DNA from: a virus
Lineage: Duplodnaviria; Caudoviricetes
IMG/VR virus record: IMGVR_UViG_3300042508_000526
DNA: 64,000 nucleotides
Direction: 5' to 3' (one strand)
The position numbers and the translations under genes were made by a program. Below, one piece after another: positions 29,421 to 39,392 of the stretch. Below the pieces are notes generated by a model, which saw only the letters and a program-made list of their open reading frames with translations, had not been told where the DNA came from and ran no database searches. Numbering within the stretch: position 1 is the first letter of the stretch; every line of letters begins with the position of its first letter.

Positions 29421-29846
29421 TTATAGCCGCTTATAGCCGGTCTCAATAATGTCCGCGATTTGCGCAAAAGAAAAGCCGTCGTCATTCAGCTCAGCCAAAG
29501 CGTCATGCACACTCGGCGGGCGAATAGTGCCATGATCGTCGTACATACCAGCCCACCGCCGTACGCGCGCCGGCAAAACAGCCTCACCGTTAACCGGCTC
29601 TTTCCCGAAACAAAAGATCGTCGTTCCGGCGGGCAGCGCGCGAATATCTTTCTTGCCAGATTTGCGACGATTGGTCACAAACTTTTTATTCGCCGGAACA
29701 GCCTTCTGGTAAAGCTCGCAAAGCACCCCGAGACAACAGTGCCGGGTCGTGCCGCTTTTGGTTTTAACTTTGAGCGCGCGGCGACCTTGTTTGTACTTTT
29801 TAGATCGAAGTGCCACGACCCACTTTTCTGCAATTGCCTTTTTCAT
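29421..29846 (-). CDS. Conserved phage hypothetical protein
   Basis: KWVVALRSKKYKQG...HCCLGVLC...LAELNDDG.SF.QIAD pattern; AGGA SD before ATG 29846. Confidence 0.7.
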   Translation of the reverse strand: MKKAIAEKWVVALRSKKYKQGRRALKVKTKSGTTRHCCLGVLCELYQKAVPANKKFVTNRRKSGKKDIRALPAGTTIFCFGKEPVNGEAVLPARVRRWAGMYDDHGTIRPPSVHDALAELNDDGFSFAQIADIIETGYKRL

Positions 29847-29905
29847 GTTTTTCCTATTACGACTGGCGGCTCCATCCGCGCCAAAGGCTCCATCCAAACA
29901 CCAAC

Positions 29906-30454
29906 CTACAACTTCACGGGTTTCATGTGTGCACGCGCCACGGCAACCGGTAAGACAACCGGCGCCGCGCGAGATCGGCCAAGGGAGGTCATAGCCCGCA
30001 TGACTGTTTTCGAGTCCGGTACGCGACCACCCTTTGCGTCTTTAATCATGCTTTCAATCGCATCTAGAAACGACGTGCGCTCTTTGAGCGAACCAAAATT
30101 AAACCGCACAGAAAATTGCGTGACAGTCTTACCCGCGTGCTCGTCTGCCACATCGCAACGCTCCCACGCCGCATCTTTTGCGCCGCGGGTATACACGACA
30201 GACAGCCGACCAACCATGTCATAGATAACAATAACCGCCGATTTGTCGATATCTGTTACGAGCGTAAACGCGTGAGGAAATCGAGTCGACGGAATAAACG
30301 GTAGCTTTTCAGCCATATCGCTGGATAAGTCGATACGCTGAAGCTGTAACGGAAAAGTTCGGTTGCCTAGCTTGTTGTCAGAAACAAAAAACTCAGCCTC
30401 CAAAGCACCGACACCCGGTTCGATTACGACCGGCACATTGCGTACAGAAAACAT
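29906..30454 (-). CDS. Hypothetical protein
   Basis: 182 aa, GAGAGG SD. Confidence 0.65.
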   Translation of the reverse strand: MFSVRNVPVVIEPGVGALEAEFFVSDNKLGNRTFPLQLQRIDLSSDMAEKLPFIPSTRFPHAFTLVTDIDKSAVIVIYDMVGRLSVVYTRGAKDAAWERCDVADEHAGKTVTQFSVRFNFGSLKERTSFLDAIESMIKDAKGGRVPDSKTVMRAMTSLGRSRAAPVVLPVAVARAHMKPVKL

Positions 30455-30463
30455 AACAGCCTC

Positions 30464-31351
30464 TCATCGTGTAATGTCCGACCGGCGACGTTGCGGTACG
30501 GAATCCTCATCTTCTTCTTCGGTCTCGTCTTCCCTGCTGTTTAGCTCTTCTTGTACCTTTGTGCACATGGCCACATGATCAGAAATAATGTCCGACAACT
30601 TACTGAAATTTTCGACGACCTCGTTGAAATACCCCATCGTGGTTTCATCGAGTTTTGTCGGAGACGCATTTGCGATGTCGTCGTAGATATTGTCGCTCTT
30701 CTCGCAAAGCCACAAGGCCTCCGAGCGCGCAATAAACCGCCGCTGATGCTGCAGCAAGTCGTAGATCTGCTGCTTGATGCCCTTGGGCGCCTGATGCGTG
30801 CGTCCACTATTCTTCTGCTTGCCGCGAATCTCCTGCAGCTCCGTGGCCAACGTCCGGGCGGTGTACGCCTCCTCGGCGCACTTGCTCTCAATGGCCTGCC
30901 GCTGCGTGTCGTCGGGGATCTGCGACAGCAGCTGCACGTGCGAGGTCGTGATGCGCCACCGCGGCCGATCGGGGCAGCGCATGGCCAGCAGCCTAGTGAT
31001 CTCACCCTCGCTGGGATACTTCTCGAAGAAGTTCACGGCGCCGCGAAGCTGCTCTGCCGTATAGATCGGCGCGAAGATGGAGATGATCAACGACGCCCCG
31101 TCGACGTGCGCCGCCTGCTGCTGCGGCGTTAAGTACCGCTCTGGATCATCGCGCACTTCGGTGATAAGCCTGCCGACCCGCCAAAACGACGTCAGATTTG
31201 CCACCTGAATATCGCTGAACAGGTTTTCAATCTCGGATACGACGTCTTGTAACGCCGGCGTGAGATTGTCGGCCGCGGTGAGGTATGGCGAGTTACGAGC
31301 ATCAATGATTTCCGCTTGGATCGCCAGCGCGGCCTTTGATTTCCTACCCAT
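30464..31351 (-). CDS. DUF1016 N-terminal (YhcG-N)-like DNA-binding protein
   Basis: SFWRVGRLI...LRGAVNFFEKYP...ITTSHVQLLSQIPD...R....A....T.R.L matches the DUF1016_N pattern; no PD-(D/E)XK C-terminal domain. Confidence 0.6.
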   Translation of the reverse strand: MGRKSKAALAIQAEIIDARNSPYLTAADNLTPALQDVVSEIENLFSDIQVANLTSFWRVGRLITEVRDDPERYLTPQQQAAHVDGASLIISIFAPIYTAEQLRGAVNFFEKYPSEGEITRLLAMRCPDRPRWRITTSHVQLLSQIPDDTQRQAIESKCAEEAYTARTLATELQEIRGKQKNSGRTHQAPKGIKQQIYDLLQHQRRFIARSEALWLCEKSDNIYDDIANASPTKLDETTMGYFNEVVENFSKLSDIISDHVAMCTKVQEELNSREDETEEEDEDSVPQRRRSDITR

Positions 31352-31380
31352 TTCTGCTCTCCTTGGTTAAAGGTATCAAA

Positions 31381-32532
31381 CTACTTTTTCTTCCTGACTT
31401 TAATGTCAGGCAACAAGATTCGTAACGCTGTTGATTGCAGGTGATCGCGCAGTACGCAGTATTGCGACCGCGAGCACCGCAAGATTGAACAAAACAAGTC
31501 ATATGCCGTACGTGTTCTTAAAACTTCCTTTGTATAAACACTCAAAACATCTCTAGCCTCCAAATCAGATCCAACCATGGCGGCGTTTTTAAGAATCTGT
31601 TTTGCATCTTCGCGCGAAACTTTGAATTTCGCCAAGTACGCCGCCCACTTGTCATAGGCAGCTTCAAGCGTGTCCTTGTCGTCTGAAAACTCTAATGACA
31701 CGCGCATCAGCTCAGCAATACGCTTTGCGACGACATTCATATCAATTACTCTGTCCGCCGCACGCGAGACCAGTATGGCCGTGCGTCCGACGAGATCGGC
31801 GCCAATGTGGTTTAACCGCGCGCCGACACTCGCCGGTTCGACCGCGACGCCAAACTTCGTATACAGGCACGTGTTAGCCCGAATAGCGTTGCCCGTGTCT
31901 TCGCGGTTTGCAAAGTACCAACCAGCCGCAAAATTATGCCGTGGGTCTGTATAAATATCTGACCGCCGGGTGGCTGGATCGATAAAATACAGCCGCAATT
32001 CACGGCCTAACAACTCGGCGCGAAAAAACTCGGCCGACGGCTGTTTTGCTGTTAACTCGTTTACGACTGTTTCCAAAAATACGCTGTTGTCGAGCAGCCT
32101 GTGGTCTAGCCCCAGAAAGCCGTCAATCGTCTGCTCGCGATGACTCACCAGCAGATTACGCTCTCGGATAGCTTCAAATCGTACGCGCAGCGTCGTGTTG
32201 TAAATGCTCACGGCCGCCGCGACGTCGGTTTCGCGGGCGAGCATTTTGATATTACGCACGTTCTCGCCGGACAACTCGTTGAACAACTGCGCTAAGCCAA
32301 CAGATAGCGAAGACGCCAACGCACGAAAACCGACGGCGTTAAACCGATAGCCGCTCTCTGCGATGCGGCCGTCAGCGCTCATTAGCAGCTGCGACTCGTC
32401 TACAACGGGGACGGATTCTGTCGTAGATGAGCGATTTGCCAGAAAGCTGCGGCAGTCTTCAAACTGCCCCGCCGAGAAGGCGAACGCTGGCACAGGTGCG
32501 AAGATACTGCGGAGAGTAGCGGCCGACGACAT
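31381..32532 (-). CDS. DUF932-like protein
   Basis: IDGFLG..HRLLDNSVFL...ELRLYF...GWYFANRE.G...I.A...LY resembles DUF932. Confidence 0.5.
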   Translation of the reverse strand: MSSAATLRSIFAPVPAFAFSAGQFEDCRSFLANRSSTTESVPVVDESQLLMSADGRIAESGYRFNAVGFRALASSLSVGLAQLFNELSGENVRNIKMLARETDVAAAVSIYNTTLRVRFEAIRERNLLVSHREQTIDGFLGLDHRLLDNSVFLETVVNELTAKQPSAEFFRAELLGRELRLYFIDPATRRSDIYTDPRHNFAAGWYFANREDTGNAIRANTCLYTKFGVAVEPASVGARLNHIGADLVGRTAILVSRAADRVIDMNVVAKRIAELMRVSLEFSDDKDTLEAAYDKWAAYLAKFKVSREDAKQILKNAAMVGSDLEARDVLSVYTKEVLRTRTAYDLFCSILRCSRSQYCVLRDHLQSTALRILLPDIKVRKKK

Positions 32533-32550
32533 CCTTGCGCTCAGCTGTTT

Positions 32551-33117
32551 TTAGCCGTAATACCAGTCAGCCCCGATCGCCGCGAACAGCGTAGAAGTGT
32601 GCTCAACCGTCAAGTTCGACTTGTTAGTTGGCGGTATGCTGCACCGCCATTGAATACGAGGACCGACAATACCGTCATCAGCGTCGCAGTTGTGCGCGCA
32701 AAGCATGGTGCGCACAATCGGGAAGCACATGACAAATCGCCGGTCTAGATTCACTTCTAGCCTGTGCAGGTTTTTTGCAAGCGCCGCACATAATCTGTTT
32801 TTACCAGTTTTGTGGAGTTTGAACAGATCAGTAATTGTCAGCTCGTGTAGGCGCGGAATGCGTTTACCGTACAGCATGGCCGGAAAATTACGAAATTCAG
32901 AGTTAAACCACTCAAAATTTAACTTGTCGTGCCCGGTCATGTCGCGGCACTGGTTTACGTAACGACCCCAGCCTGATATTTTTACGCCGCACTCTTTAAA
33001 CACACGCTTGATAATACGTTCTTCAAAAGCCAGCTGCCGCTGAAACCGAATAGCCTCTGCGCCTTCGCCGCCCTGATTGAACAGCTCACCAAAAAACTGA
33101 TCACGCGAATCAGCCAT
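32551..33117 (-). CDS. Hypothetical protein
   Basis: 188 aa, coupled to neighbours. Confidence 0.65.
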   Translation of the reverse strand: MADSRDQFFGELFNQGGEGAEAIRFQRQLAFEERIIKRVFKECGVKISGWGRYVNQCRDMTGHDKLNFEWFNSEFRNFPAMLYGKRIPRLHELTITDLFKLHKTGKNRLCAALAKNLHRLEVNLDRRFVMCFPIVRTMLCAHNCDADDGIVGPRIQWRCSIPPTNKSNLTVEHTSTLFAAIGADWYYG

Positions 33118-33292
33118 TGGTGACCTTTTCCACAGCAGTCAAAAGTTGTTCAGCCTGCAAGATTTTGTCGCAGGCTGATTCACCGGGTGGAACGCAGTGA
33201 TGCGTTTGCAGTATGTCACGCACCACCCACGCCAGCCACTCTACTTCTTCTTTGCTAAACGAAATAGTTATCCCAGACGCTGCTGCCGCCAT
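33110..33292 (-). CDS. Small hypothetical protein
   Basis: 60 aa, TAATG overlap with the recA stop. Confidence 0.55.
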   Translation of the reverse strand: MAAAASGITISFSKEEVEWLAWVVRDILQTHHCVPPGESACDKILQAEQLLTAVEKVTNG

Positions 33293-34662
33293 TAGTCCAC
33301 CTGTCCAAGCGGGTCAAAATCGGACGCCACAACTTCGCCGACTGTGCTCGACGCGGCCATAAGCTCCGGCACGTCAGTCATCTCGTTCTTCTTCAGCTCT
33401 TCCATCACCTGCTCGCGATACTTGCGGGCCGGGTCGCAGACGGTGTACTCGTTTACGCCGAGAAGACCGTGAAGCATGCCGAGCACCTTGGGGTTGTCCT
33501 CAAGAATGATGGACGCTTCGACCTCAGATACCGCTTCCTGTTTCGAGATGCCGAGCGCCTTTGAAAACACCAACGGCGTCTCGGCGTTCTTGGTGCCGTG
33601 CTTGTATTCAAGATCGCAGACCTGCTTGAGCAGACCGGGCAGCTTGGGGTCCATGCCGGGAACAGGTTTGCCGTCGCCGGCCTGTAACTCCATCAGCAAC
33701 CGAATCGACGCCGTGTGCCAGTCCCAGAAATGAAACTGCTGGTTCTTGAACGTCTCATTACCGTTCTTGTCGTGCGACGGCACAATTTCGTTGTACCAAA
33801 GCAAATTAACGACAATTTTGCGCCCGGGCGCGCCAAGATTATTTTTCGTAGCGGTAATGCGGATAGATGACCCTTCATACCGCGCCGGGATATTCTTTTG
33901 CGACGCCTTGGACATGTCGAGAATTAACGTCGGGTAATAATCGAGACTAGCACCACCCGGCGCATATTTCTTCGGTGGGCCAAAGCCCATCGAATTAATT
34001 TCTTCCTTCAAGTGGTTCGTGGCCACCAGTGCAATCGGGTAGTGCCGCAAAGTAGGCACCAGCGCCGTACGCATGAAGTCAGAAAGATTGCGGGCCAGAT
34101 ACGGGTGACCAGCAGCAGCGTGACCCTCATCCGCCACTTTTTCAACGCGACGATCAACCTCGACAGCAGAAATAGAGTCGACGCCGATACAAATAGGAAT
34201 AACACGTTCCGGCGCGTTAGCCGCGTCGATTTGCTTGTGAATTGCCTGACAGAAGCCCATATACTTCTTCTGCCACTCTTCCACACTAGCCGCAGTCTCG
34301 ACGCGCGTGCGCCCGATGTACTGCTGGTTGTGGCTGAACAAGCCGGCCATCATGGTCGGCGAACCCTTGTTCTCCGTGTCGATCATGATGGCGCCGCCGC
34401 CGTACATGTGAAACCACCGCATGATCTCGATAAGAAACGCAGACTTGCCAGCGCTAAACTCACCGCGAAGCTGCGTAAAGCGAGACAGCGGAAAGATGTT
34501 CGCCTGCAGCAGATACCGCGCGGCTAGCGTCGGCAACGGCAGACCAATGAGCGGATCTTGATCTTCCGCCGTGGCCTTCAGGACTTCAGTGATAACTGGA
34601 TGCTCGCCGTTGCGGGCGTGAACATCAATGACGTCGGATTCTTCTTTACGTTTGCGACCCAT
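33292..34662 (-). CDS. recA: RecA/UvsX-like recombinase
   Basis: TQLRGEFSAGKS (Walker A), IDTE, IGVDSI (Walker B), TNH, PGGASLDYY, KNNLGAP; start MGRKRK at 34662. Confidence 0.9.
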   Translation of the reverse strand: MGRKRKEESDVIDVHARNGEHPVITEVLKATAEDQDPLIGLPLPTLAARYLLQANIFPLSRFTQLRGEFSAGKSAFLIEIMRWFHMYGGGAIMIDTENKGSPTMMAGLFSHNQQYIGRTRVETAASVEEWQKKYMGFCQAIHKQIDAANAPERVIPICIGVDSISAVEVDRRVEKVADEGHAAAGHPYLARNLSDFMRTALVPTLRHYPIALVATNHLKEEINSMGFGPPKKYAPGGASLDYYPTLILDMSKASQKNIPARYEGSSIRITATKNNLGAPGRKIVVNLLWYNEIVPSHDKNGNETFKNQQFHFWDWHTASIRLLMELQAGDGKPVPGMDPKLPGLLKQVCDLEYKHGTKNAETPLVFSKALGISKQEAVSEVEASIILEDNPKVLGMLHGLLGVNEYTVCDPARKYREQVMEELKKNEMTDVPELMAASSTVGEVVASDFDPLGQVD

Positions 34663-34688
34663 AAATTCCCTTCTGATGTGAAAGCCCC

Positions 34689-34731
34689 GGCTCCGGCACA
34701 CGCGCCCAGAGAAATACGCGGTGCCGGAGCC
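34689..34731. promoter_or_regulatory. Strong intergenic hairpin between the SSB and recA genes
   Basis: Perfect 11-bp inverted repeat ggctccggcac / gtgccggagcc plus inner cgcg/cgcg; no U-tract. Confidence 0.6.
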
Positions 34732-34755
34732 AGTGCAAAAGCTACTTAGCGAAAG

Positions 34756-36135
34756 CTACTTAGCAGAGGCACGCGCGCGGGCACGAGCCAGAATATCCGC
34801 AGAATCGCGCTTCTGCGCCGCTGGGGCCGGAGCCGCAGGAGCAGGAGCGGAAGCAGAAAACATATCCGCAACACTATCCGCCGCTTCCGGCGAGATCTCA
34901 CCAGCTACTTCGGGTTGCGGGTCCCACGGCGCAGGAGGATCAGCTGGAGGAGCCTTAGCCGCCGCCTTCGGCTTTGCCGCGGGCTGCGTGCGCTCCATAT
35001 GCTCTTCCTCAAGCTCTTCGACATCAACGCCGGCACCAGTAAACGTTGCCGTGCTCTTCGGCACCGTACGCAGGTACTCGGGGAACTCGCGCCACGCGAA
35101 ATCCAGCGCCTCACGCGGGAAAGCTGTGGCTAACAACTCAGCCTGCTCTTCGTAGGTCGGAACCCACAGATAATCGTCCCAAGACTGCGTCTCGGCAACG
35201 ATCTTGTCGGCGTACGGCTCAAGAGAAACCTCTTGACCCTGATACGTGTCGTGCAGCACGGCGAAGTGCGTGAAATCACTGCGCGACTGCGGATAACCGA
35301 CAACAAACTGCGCGTCCTTCTTGTTACTCAGCGCAAACTTCGGGCACTGGAACGTTGCCGGTCCGGCCGCAGACGTCGCGATGACGTTCTTGGAGCCGCT
35401 GACAAAGTTATCAGGCAGGAAGGTGATAAGCTTGGCAGGGCCAAAAGACAGCATATCGCCGCTCATGTACTCGCCAGTGCTTTCGTCACGAACGCTGAGC
35501 GCTGAATACAACGCCTGTGTGGCGCTGGTCTTCAGGCCGATAACACGAGCGCGACGCTTTTCTTTTTCATCGTCAGAAAAAGCGCCAAGAACAACCTGCC
35601 CGTTCTCGTCAACGTAAACGACGCTGGCGGAAATGAACAGCGTCTTCTCAGGCTTCTTCAAAGACCCGATGTGCGAATCACGCACAAAGTTCTTTGACAA
35701 AAGATCGCTGAAAAGCCGGCCAATACCCGGCGTATCCTTGTTGTCCCACGCGGCCTTGCGCAGAACGTGCAGCGGGCTCTCGTACAAATTGACTTCAGGA
35801 TTGCCGTCATGAATGATGAAGCACACACCGGGATTTCCAACCCAGTGGGCGCAAGTCATCAGCCGGCTCCAGTCGCCAAACGCGACGCCGTCACGGCCTT
35901 CGCGCAAGTTAACAAACTCGCGGGAACCGCCGGAACCACCCTCTTCGTAGATGGGTAGTAGGCGTAAACACATGCCGTTATCAAGAAGCTCTCGACCAGC
36001 AGCAACGAGAACGTTGTTCTGCTTGCCGTAAGCGTAACGGCTCTTCTTACCTCCGGTCCCGCCAGAGCCGATGTTATGGGCTTTGCGGTACTCGGGATCA
36101 ATAGCGGCTAAATTTTGCGCGCTGTAACGTGGCAT
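34756..36135 (-). CDS. Probable single-stranded DNA-binding protein
   Basis: Lies between polymerase and recA; LRLLP motif as in gp32-type SSBs; Ala/Pro/acidic tail ending SADILARARAR. Confidence 0.5.
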   Translation of the reverse strand: MPRYSAQNLAAIDPEYRKAHNIGSGGTGGKKSRYAYGKQNNVLVAAGRELLDNGMCLRLLPIYEEGGSGGSREFVNLREGRDGVAFGDWSRLMTCAHWVGNPGVCFIIHDGNPEVNLYESPLHVLRKAAWDNKDTPGIGRLFSDLLSKNFVRDSHIGSLKKPEKTLFISASVVYVDENGQVVLGAFSDDEKEKRRARVIGLKTSATQALYSALSVRDESTGEYMSGDMLSFGPAKLITFLPDNFVSGSKNVIATSAAGPATFQCPKFALSNKKDAQFVVGYPQSRSDFTHFAVLHDTYQGQEVSLEPYADKIVAETQSWDDYLWVPTYEEQAELLATAFPREALDFAWREFPEYLRTVPKSTATFTGAGVDVEELEEEHMERTQPAAKPKAAAKAPPADPPAPWDPQPEVAGEISPEAADSVADMFSASAPAPAAPAPAAQKRDSADILARARARASAK

Positions 36136-36209
36136 AAAAACCTTTCTATAATTGAGGGCCCAATTGCCCGTGTGAACTGCCTGCATCATAGCAGACAAAA
36201 TCGGCTTGT

Positions 36210-39200
36210 CTAGCCCTTCTCCTCACAAAACCAATCGACCCCCAAACCCCGGGCATTTGAGGGTTTGAGGTTTTCTCCCCAGTGGAAAAATACGTCACGG
36301 CTCATACCGAAATGGTACGGACCCGCGCCTTCGATCAGTGTGCCGTCCAGCCGCCGTGGCCAGAACGGCACGCCGTCAACCATGCAATACGGAATAACTT
36401 CTTTGTACAACCGTTCAGCATGCTCTAGTGGCGCGATCAATACAATCGCGTCGTGGATCTGTAACGCGATTTTGTAATCAATATCCGTGTGCTCTTCGCG
36501 GTAGCGATAGAAATTGTTGAGCGCAATAGACACCGCGTCAGCTACACCGCCCTGAATAGGGAAGTTCTGTGCTTGCCGCTCCTGCTCTCCACGGACCGCT
36601 TTATCGCGAGTCGCTACAAATCTGCGAAAACGCCCATATGGTCCCATGAGCCAACCGGGATTTTGCGACCGCTGCCGGCACTCCGCTAGAAACGTTTTCG
36701 TCCCCGGATAGGAACTGAAATACGCGTCGATCATCGCCTGACACTGCTCAGGCGTGACTTCGTGACCTTCCTCTTTGCATTGCCGCGCCAACGCTTCTGG
36801 CCCGCGGCCGTACGGGATTCCAAAGTTTACGTTTTTTGCCGCAACACGGAGTCCCTTTACGCCTGCGTCAGCCATACCCTGCTTTGTCGGCACAACGCCG
36901 TCCAAATGGAATGTCTTAACGGCCTGCTGACTATGGATGTCGTAATGGTCGGGGTGATCCTCTGGCAGAAGATTACGCCGAACATGTTCAATCATATTTT
37001 TGTCTTGCGACAACCACGCGAGGACCGCCAGTTCCGCACCAGTGAGGTCCGTTTCGATACCAACGCAGCCCTTGGGTACACAAAGGATCGAGCGGACGGG
37101 ATGTTGATATCGGTCCTTTCCGAGGATGCGCTTGTAGTCGTCTTCGCGTCGCGAGCTGAGATTTTGTAGCGGAGGCCGTGAGCTGCTGGCGCGCCCAGTT
37201 TCCTTGGTTTGAAAGAGGTGAGTACGTACTTTACCGTCGGCGTGAACGCAGCCGACAAGACCTTTTTCATACGTGTAATTACCGTTGTCATCTAGCTCCA
37301 ACTCTCCTTCTTCGTTTGACGCTGGCTTGCGCAGCACAGACTGCAGCACCTGACTGATGAACTTGTAGTCACGAATTTTGGCCGCGGTCGAGTTGCCGTG
37401 CCCAAGAATGCCAAGGCTTTCTTTGTCTGTGCTGGGCGTTGCCGTGTCCGGATTAATCCCGCGCCAGCTCATTTCGGCCCACAACACCGGCCGCTTACCA
37501 GTCGTTTTAATCGGCCGCATATTCAGCAGCCGGGCGTCTTCTGGTATTTCCGGCGTGTTTGTATACCTGTCAGCAAACTTCCGCCCGAACAACGCAATCG
37601 CTAACTGCGGCTGAGATTTTGGATTGAAATTTGGCCAGTTAAGCGCATCGCGGATCTCTGCCAGCAAACGATCCTGCGTGTTCATAAACAGCGTCGTTAG
37701 CTCGTCGGCGCGGTTGCGATCCACAACCATGCCGGTCATTTCCATCTCCAGAAACGCCAGAGAAGAATTGTGCGCCGTCCAATACGGCAACCAGCAATCG
37801 TGCCCGGTAGAAGACCGAGCCAAAAGCCCGTCTTTGCCATTTGTTCCGTAGAACCGCATGGCAATGCGACGAGTTACGTCAACGTCGTATGAGGCGTACG
37901 GATGCAGCACGTGCGCCGGGCAGTTACCGTAGCCGCCCATCTCGCCGGCTTTGAGCTTGTGTTCGGTGCGGTACTTTTTCTTCCAGTTATCCAACGGCGT
38001 CCAGTATGTAGGCGCCGTTGTAAACCGCATTGAGCACTCGTCTAAGCCATATCGCGCACACTCGTTTACGGCGTGATACATGAGACTCGTGTCCCATCCG
38101 CCGTGGGTGCGATCGTCGGGGTCTTGCGCGGGTGCGTACTCCGGACGTACATCAACACCAAAATTAATAAGCCATGGCAAGTCAGCACGGAAAAAGTGAC
38201 CACCCACACGTACATGTCGTGTTGGCGTGCTTTTGAGCAGTCTAGTGAGTTGAACACGCGCTGCTTCCAAATCCGGCTTAAACGCATCTGCGCCCCCTTG
38301 ATGGCGCAAAACAATAGTGCGCGCCCACTTGTCTTTGTTAGATATTTGAACCGTCCGCAGATAGGCACCGTCTTCTGTCGGATACTCGCCGTGCCACTCG
38401 CAGTCGATTGCGATGATATTGGCATTCGGGTCTGGATCTGCGAGCATCTCGTTGACCACTTCTGTCAAAGCGGCTTCGGTATAAATATCAGCGTGATCAA
38501 CAACTTCTTCGTCCTGCATCTCATTGTTAATCAGCGCTTTAAACCGTCGAATCTGCCCAATAAAATCTTCAGTGACTTCAGGTTTGCGCAGCACAAACGC
38601 CGGGTGCATCACAGATAGCGCTTTAATTTCTCGCTTTTCGCCCTGAATGTCGTACGCCGGGATTTCCAGCACACGACCGGATAAACCAGTCACAGCACTG
38701 TTTGTGCGCATGACAGCTTTCGTGGCCTCATTGCCAAGGCACAAAATGTAGTCAGGCTGAACAATCCGCAATTCCTGTTCGAGCAGGATTGCGCAATTTT
38801 TCAGCCACGAAGCCGGCACCGCTGTGATGTCATCTGTCGGCGGCGCAAACTTGCAGGCGAACGTGACATACCAGCGCTGATATTCAGCTTCAGATATGCC
38901 GCATTCTTCAAGAATGCCAGCTAGCGCGACCATGCCGGGACCAGCAGTTGCGCTAAGGCGCTCCATCTCGTAGTAGCCGGGAATCTTGCCGACCACCATT
39001 ACACGAGCGCGCGCCCGAGGACCGAAAGAGTCTTCAGACAGCTGCGCGCCGCGTTCACCCCAGACGTGCCCCGGTAGAAACCGAACAGTAATCGGCTCTT
39101 TCGAAGACTTGTGCGAAATTGGCAGATGAAAATCTGCTTTGTACAGCGCGTTGCGATACAGCGTTGTCAGATGCGTACCAACTGGTACCGCTTTCTTTTT

Positions 39201-39386
39201 CTTTGTTTGCGCCTCGTCGATGTCATCGCCAAGCGCTATAGCATGCGCAATGAAATCCGGACCGGCCGGCGGCATTCCCGGTTCCGTTAGCGGAATAAGC
39301 GGAAACGCGGCGGCCGTAAACTCTTCGCTGTTGGGATCGTACAGCGTTTGTGTTAACCGATGCGTTAACGAAATACCCGCAGTCAT
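36210..39386 (-). CDS. polA: Family A DNA polymerase with N-terminal UDG-like domain and 3'-5' exonuclease
   Basis: UDG-like VVGKIPG..E, YVTFACKFAP, ILCLGNEA, MHPAFVLR; Exo IAIDCE, HFFRADL, YASYD; Pol TGRASS, DLTGAEL, KNVNFGIPYG, NFPIQG, QIHD. Confidence 0.93.
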   Translation of the reverse strand: MTAGISLTHRLTQTLYDPNSEEFTAAAFPLIPLTEPGMPPAGPDFIAHAIALGDDIDEAQTKKKKAVPVGTHLTTLYRNALYKADFHLPISHKSSKEPITVRFLPGHVWGERGAQLSEDSFGPRARARVMVVGKIPGYYEMERLSATAGPGMVALAGILEECGISEAEYQRWYVTFACKFAPPTDDITAVPASWLKNCAILLEQELRIVQPDYILCLGNEATKAVMRTNSAVTGLSGRVLEIPAYDIQGEKREIKALSVMHPAFVLRKPEVTEDFIGQIRRFKALINNEMQDEEVVDHADIYTEAALTEVVNEMLADPDPNANIIAIDCEWHGEYPTEDGAYLRTVQISNKDKWARTIVLRHQGGADAFKPDLEAARVQLTRLLKSTPTRHVRVGGHFFRADLPWLINFGVDVRPEYAPAQDPDDRTHGGWDTSLMYHAVNECARYGLDECSMRFTTAPTYWTPLDNWKKKYRTEHKLKAGEMGGYGNCPAHVLHPYASYDVDVTRRIAMRFYGTNGKDGLLARSSTGHDCWLPYWTAHNSSLAFLEMEMTGMVVDRNRADELTTLFMNTQDRLLAEIRDALNWPNFNPKSQPQLAIALFGRKFADRYTNTPEIPEDARLLNMRPIKTTGKRPVLWAEMSWRGINPDTATPSTDKESLGILGHGNSTAAKIRDYKFISQVLQSVLRKPASNEEGELELDDNGNYTYEKGLVGCVHADGKVRTHLFQTKETGRASSSRPPLQNLSSRREDDYKRILGKDRYQHPVRSILCVPKGCVGIETDLTGAELAVLAWLSQDKNMIEHVRRNLLPEDHPDHYDIHSQQAVKTFHLDGVVPTKQGMADAGVKGLRVAAKNVNFGIPYGRGPEALARQCKEEGHEVTPEQCQAMIDAYFSSYPGTKTFLAECRQRSQNPGWLMGPYGRFRRFVATRDKAVRGEQERQAQNFPIQGGVADAVSIALNNFYRYREEHTDIDYKIALQIHDAIVLIAPLEHAERLYKEVIPYCMVDGVPFWPRRLDGTLIEGAGPYHFGMSRDVFFHWGENLKPSNARGLGVDWFCEEKG

Positions 39387-39392
39387 AAACCC

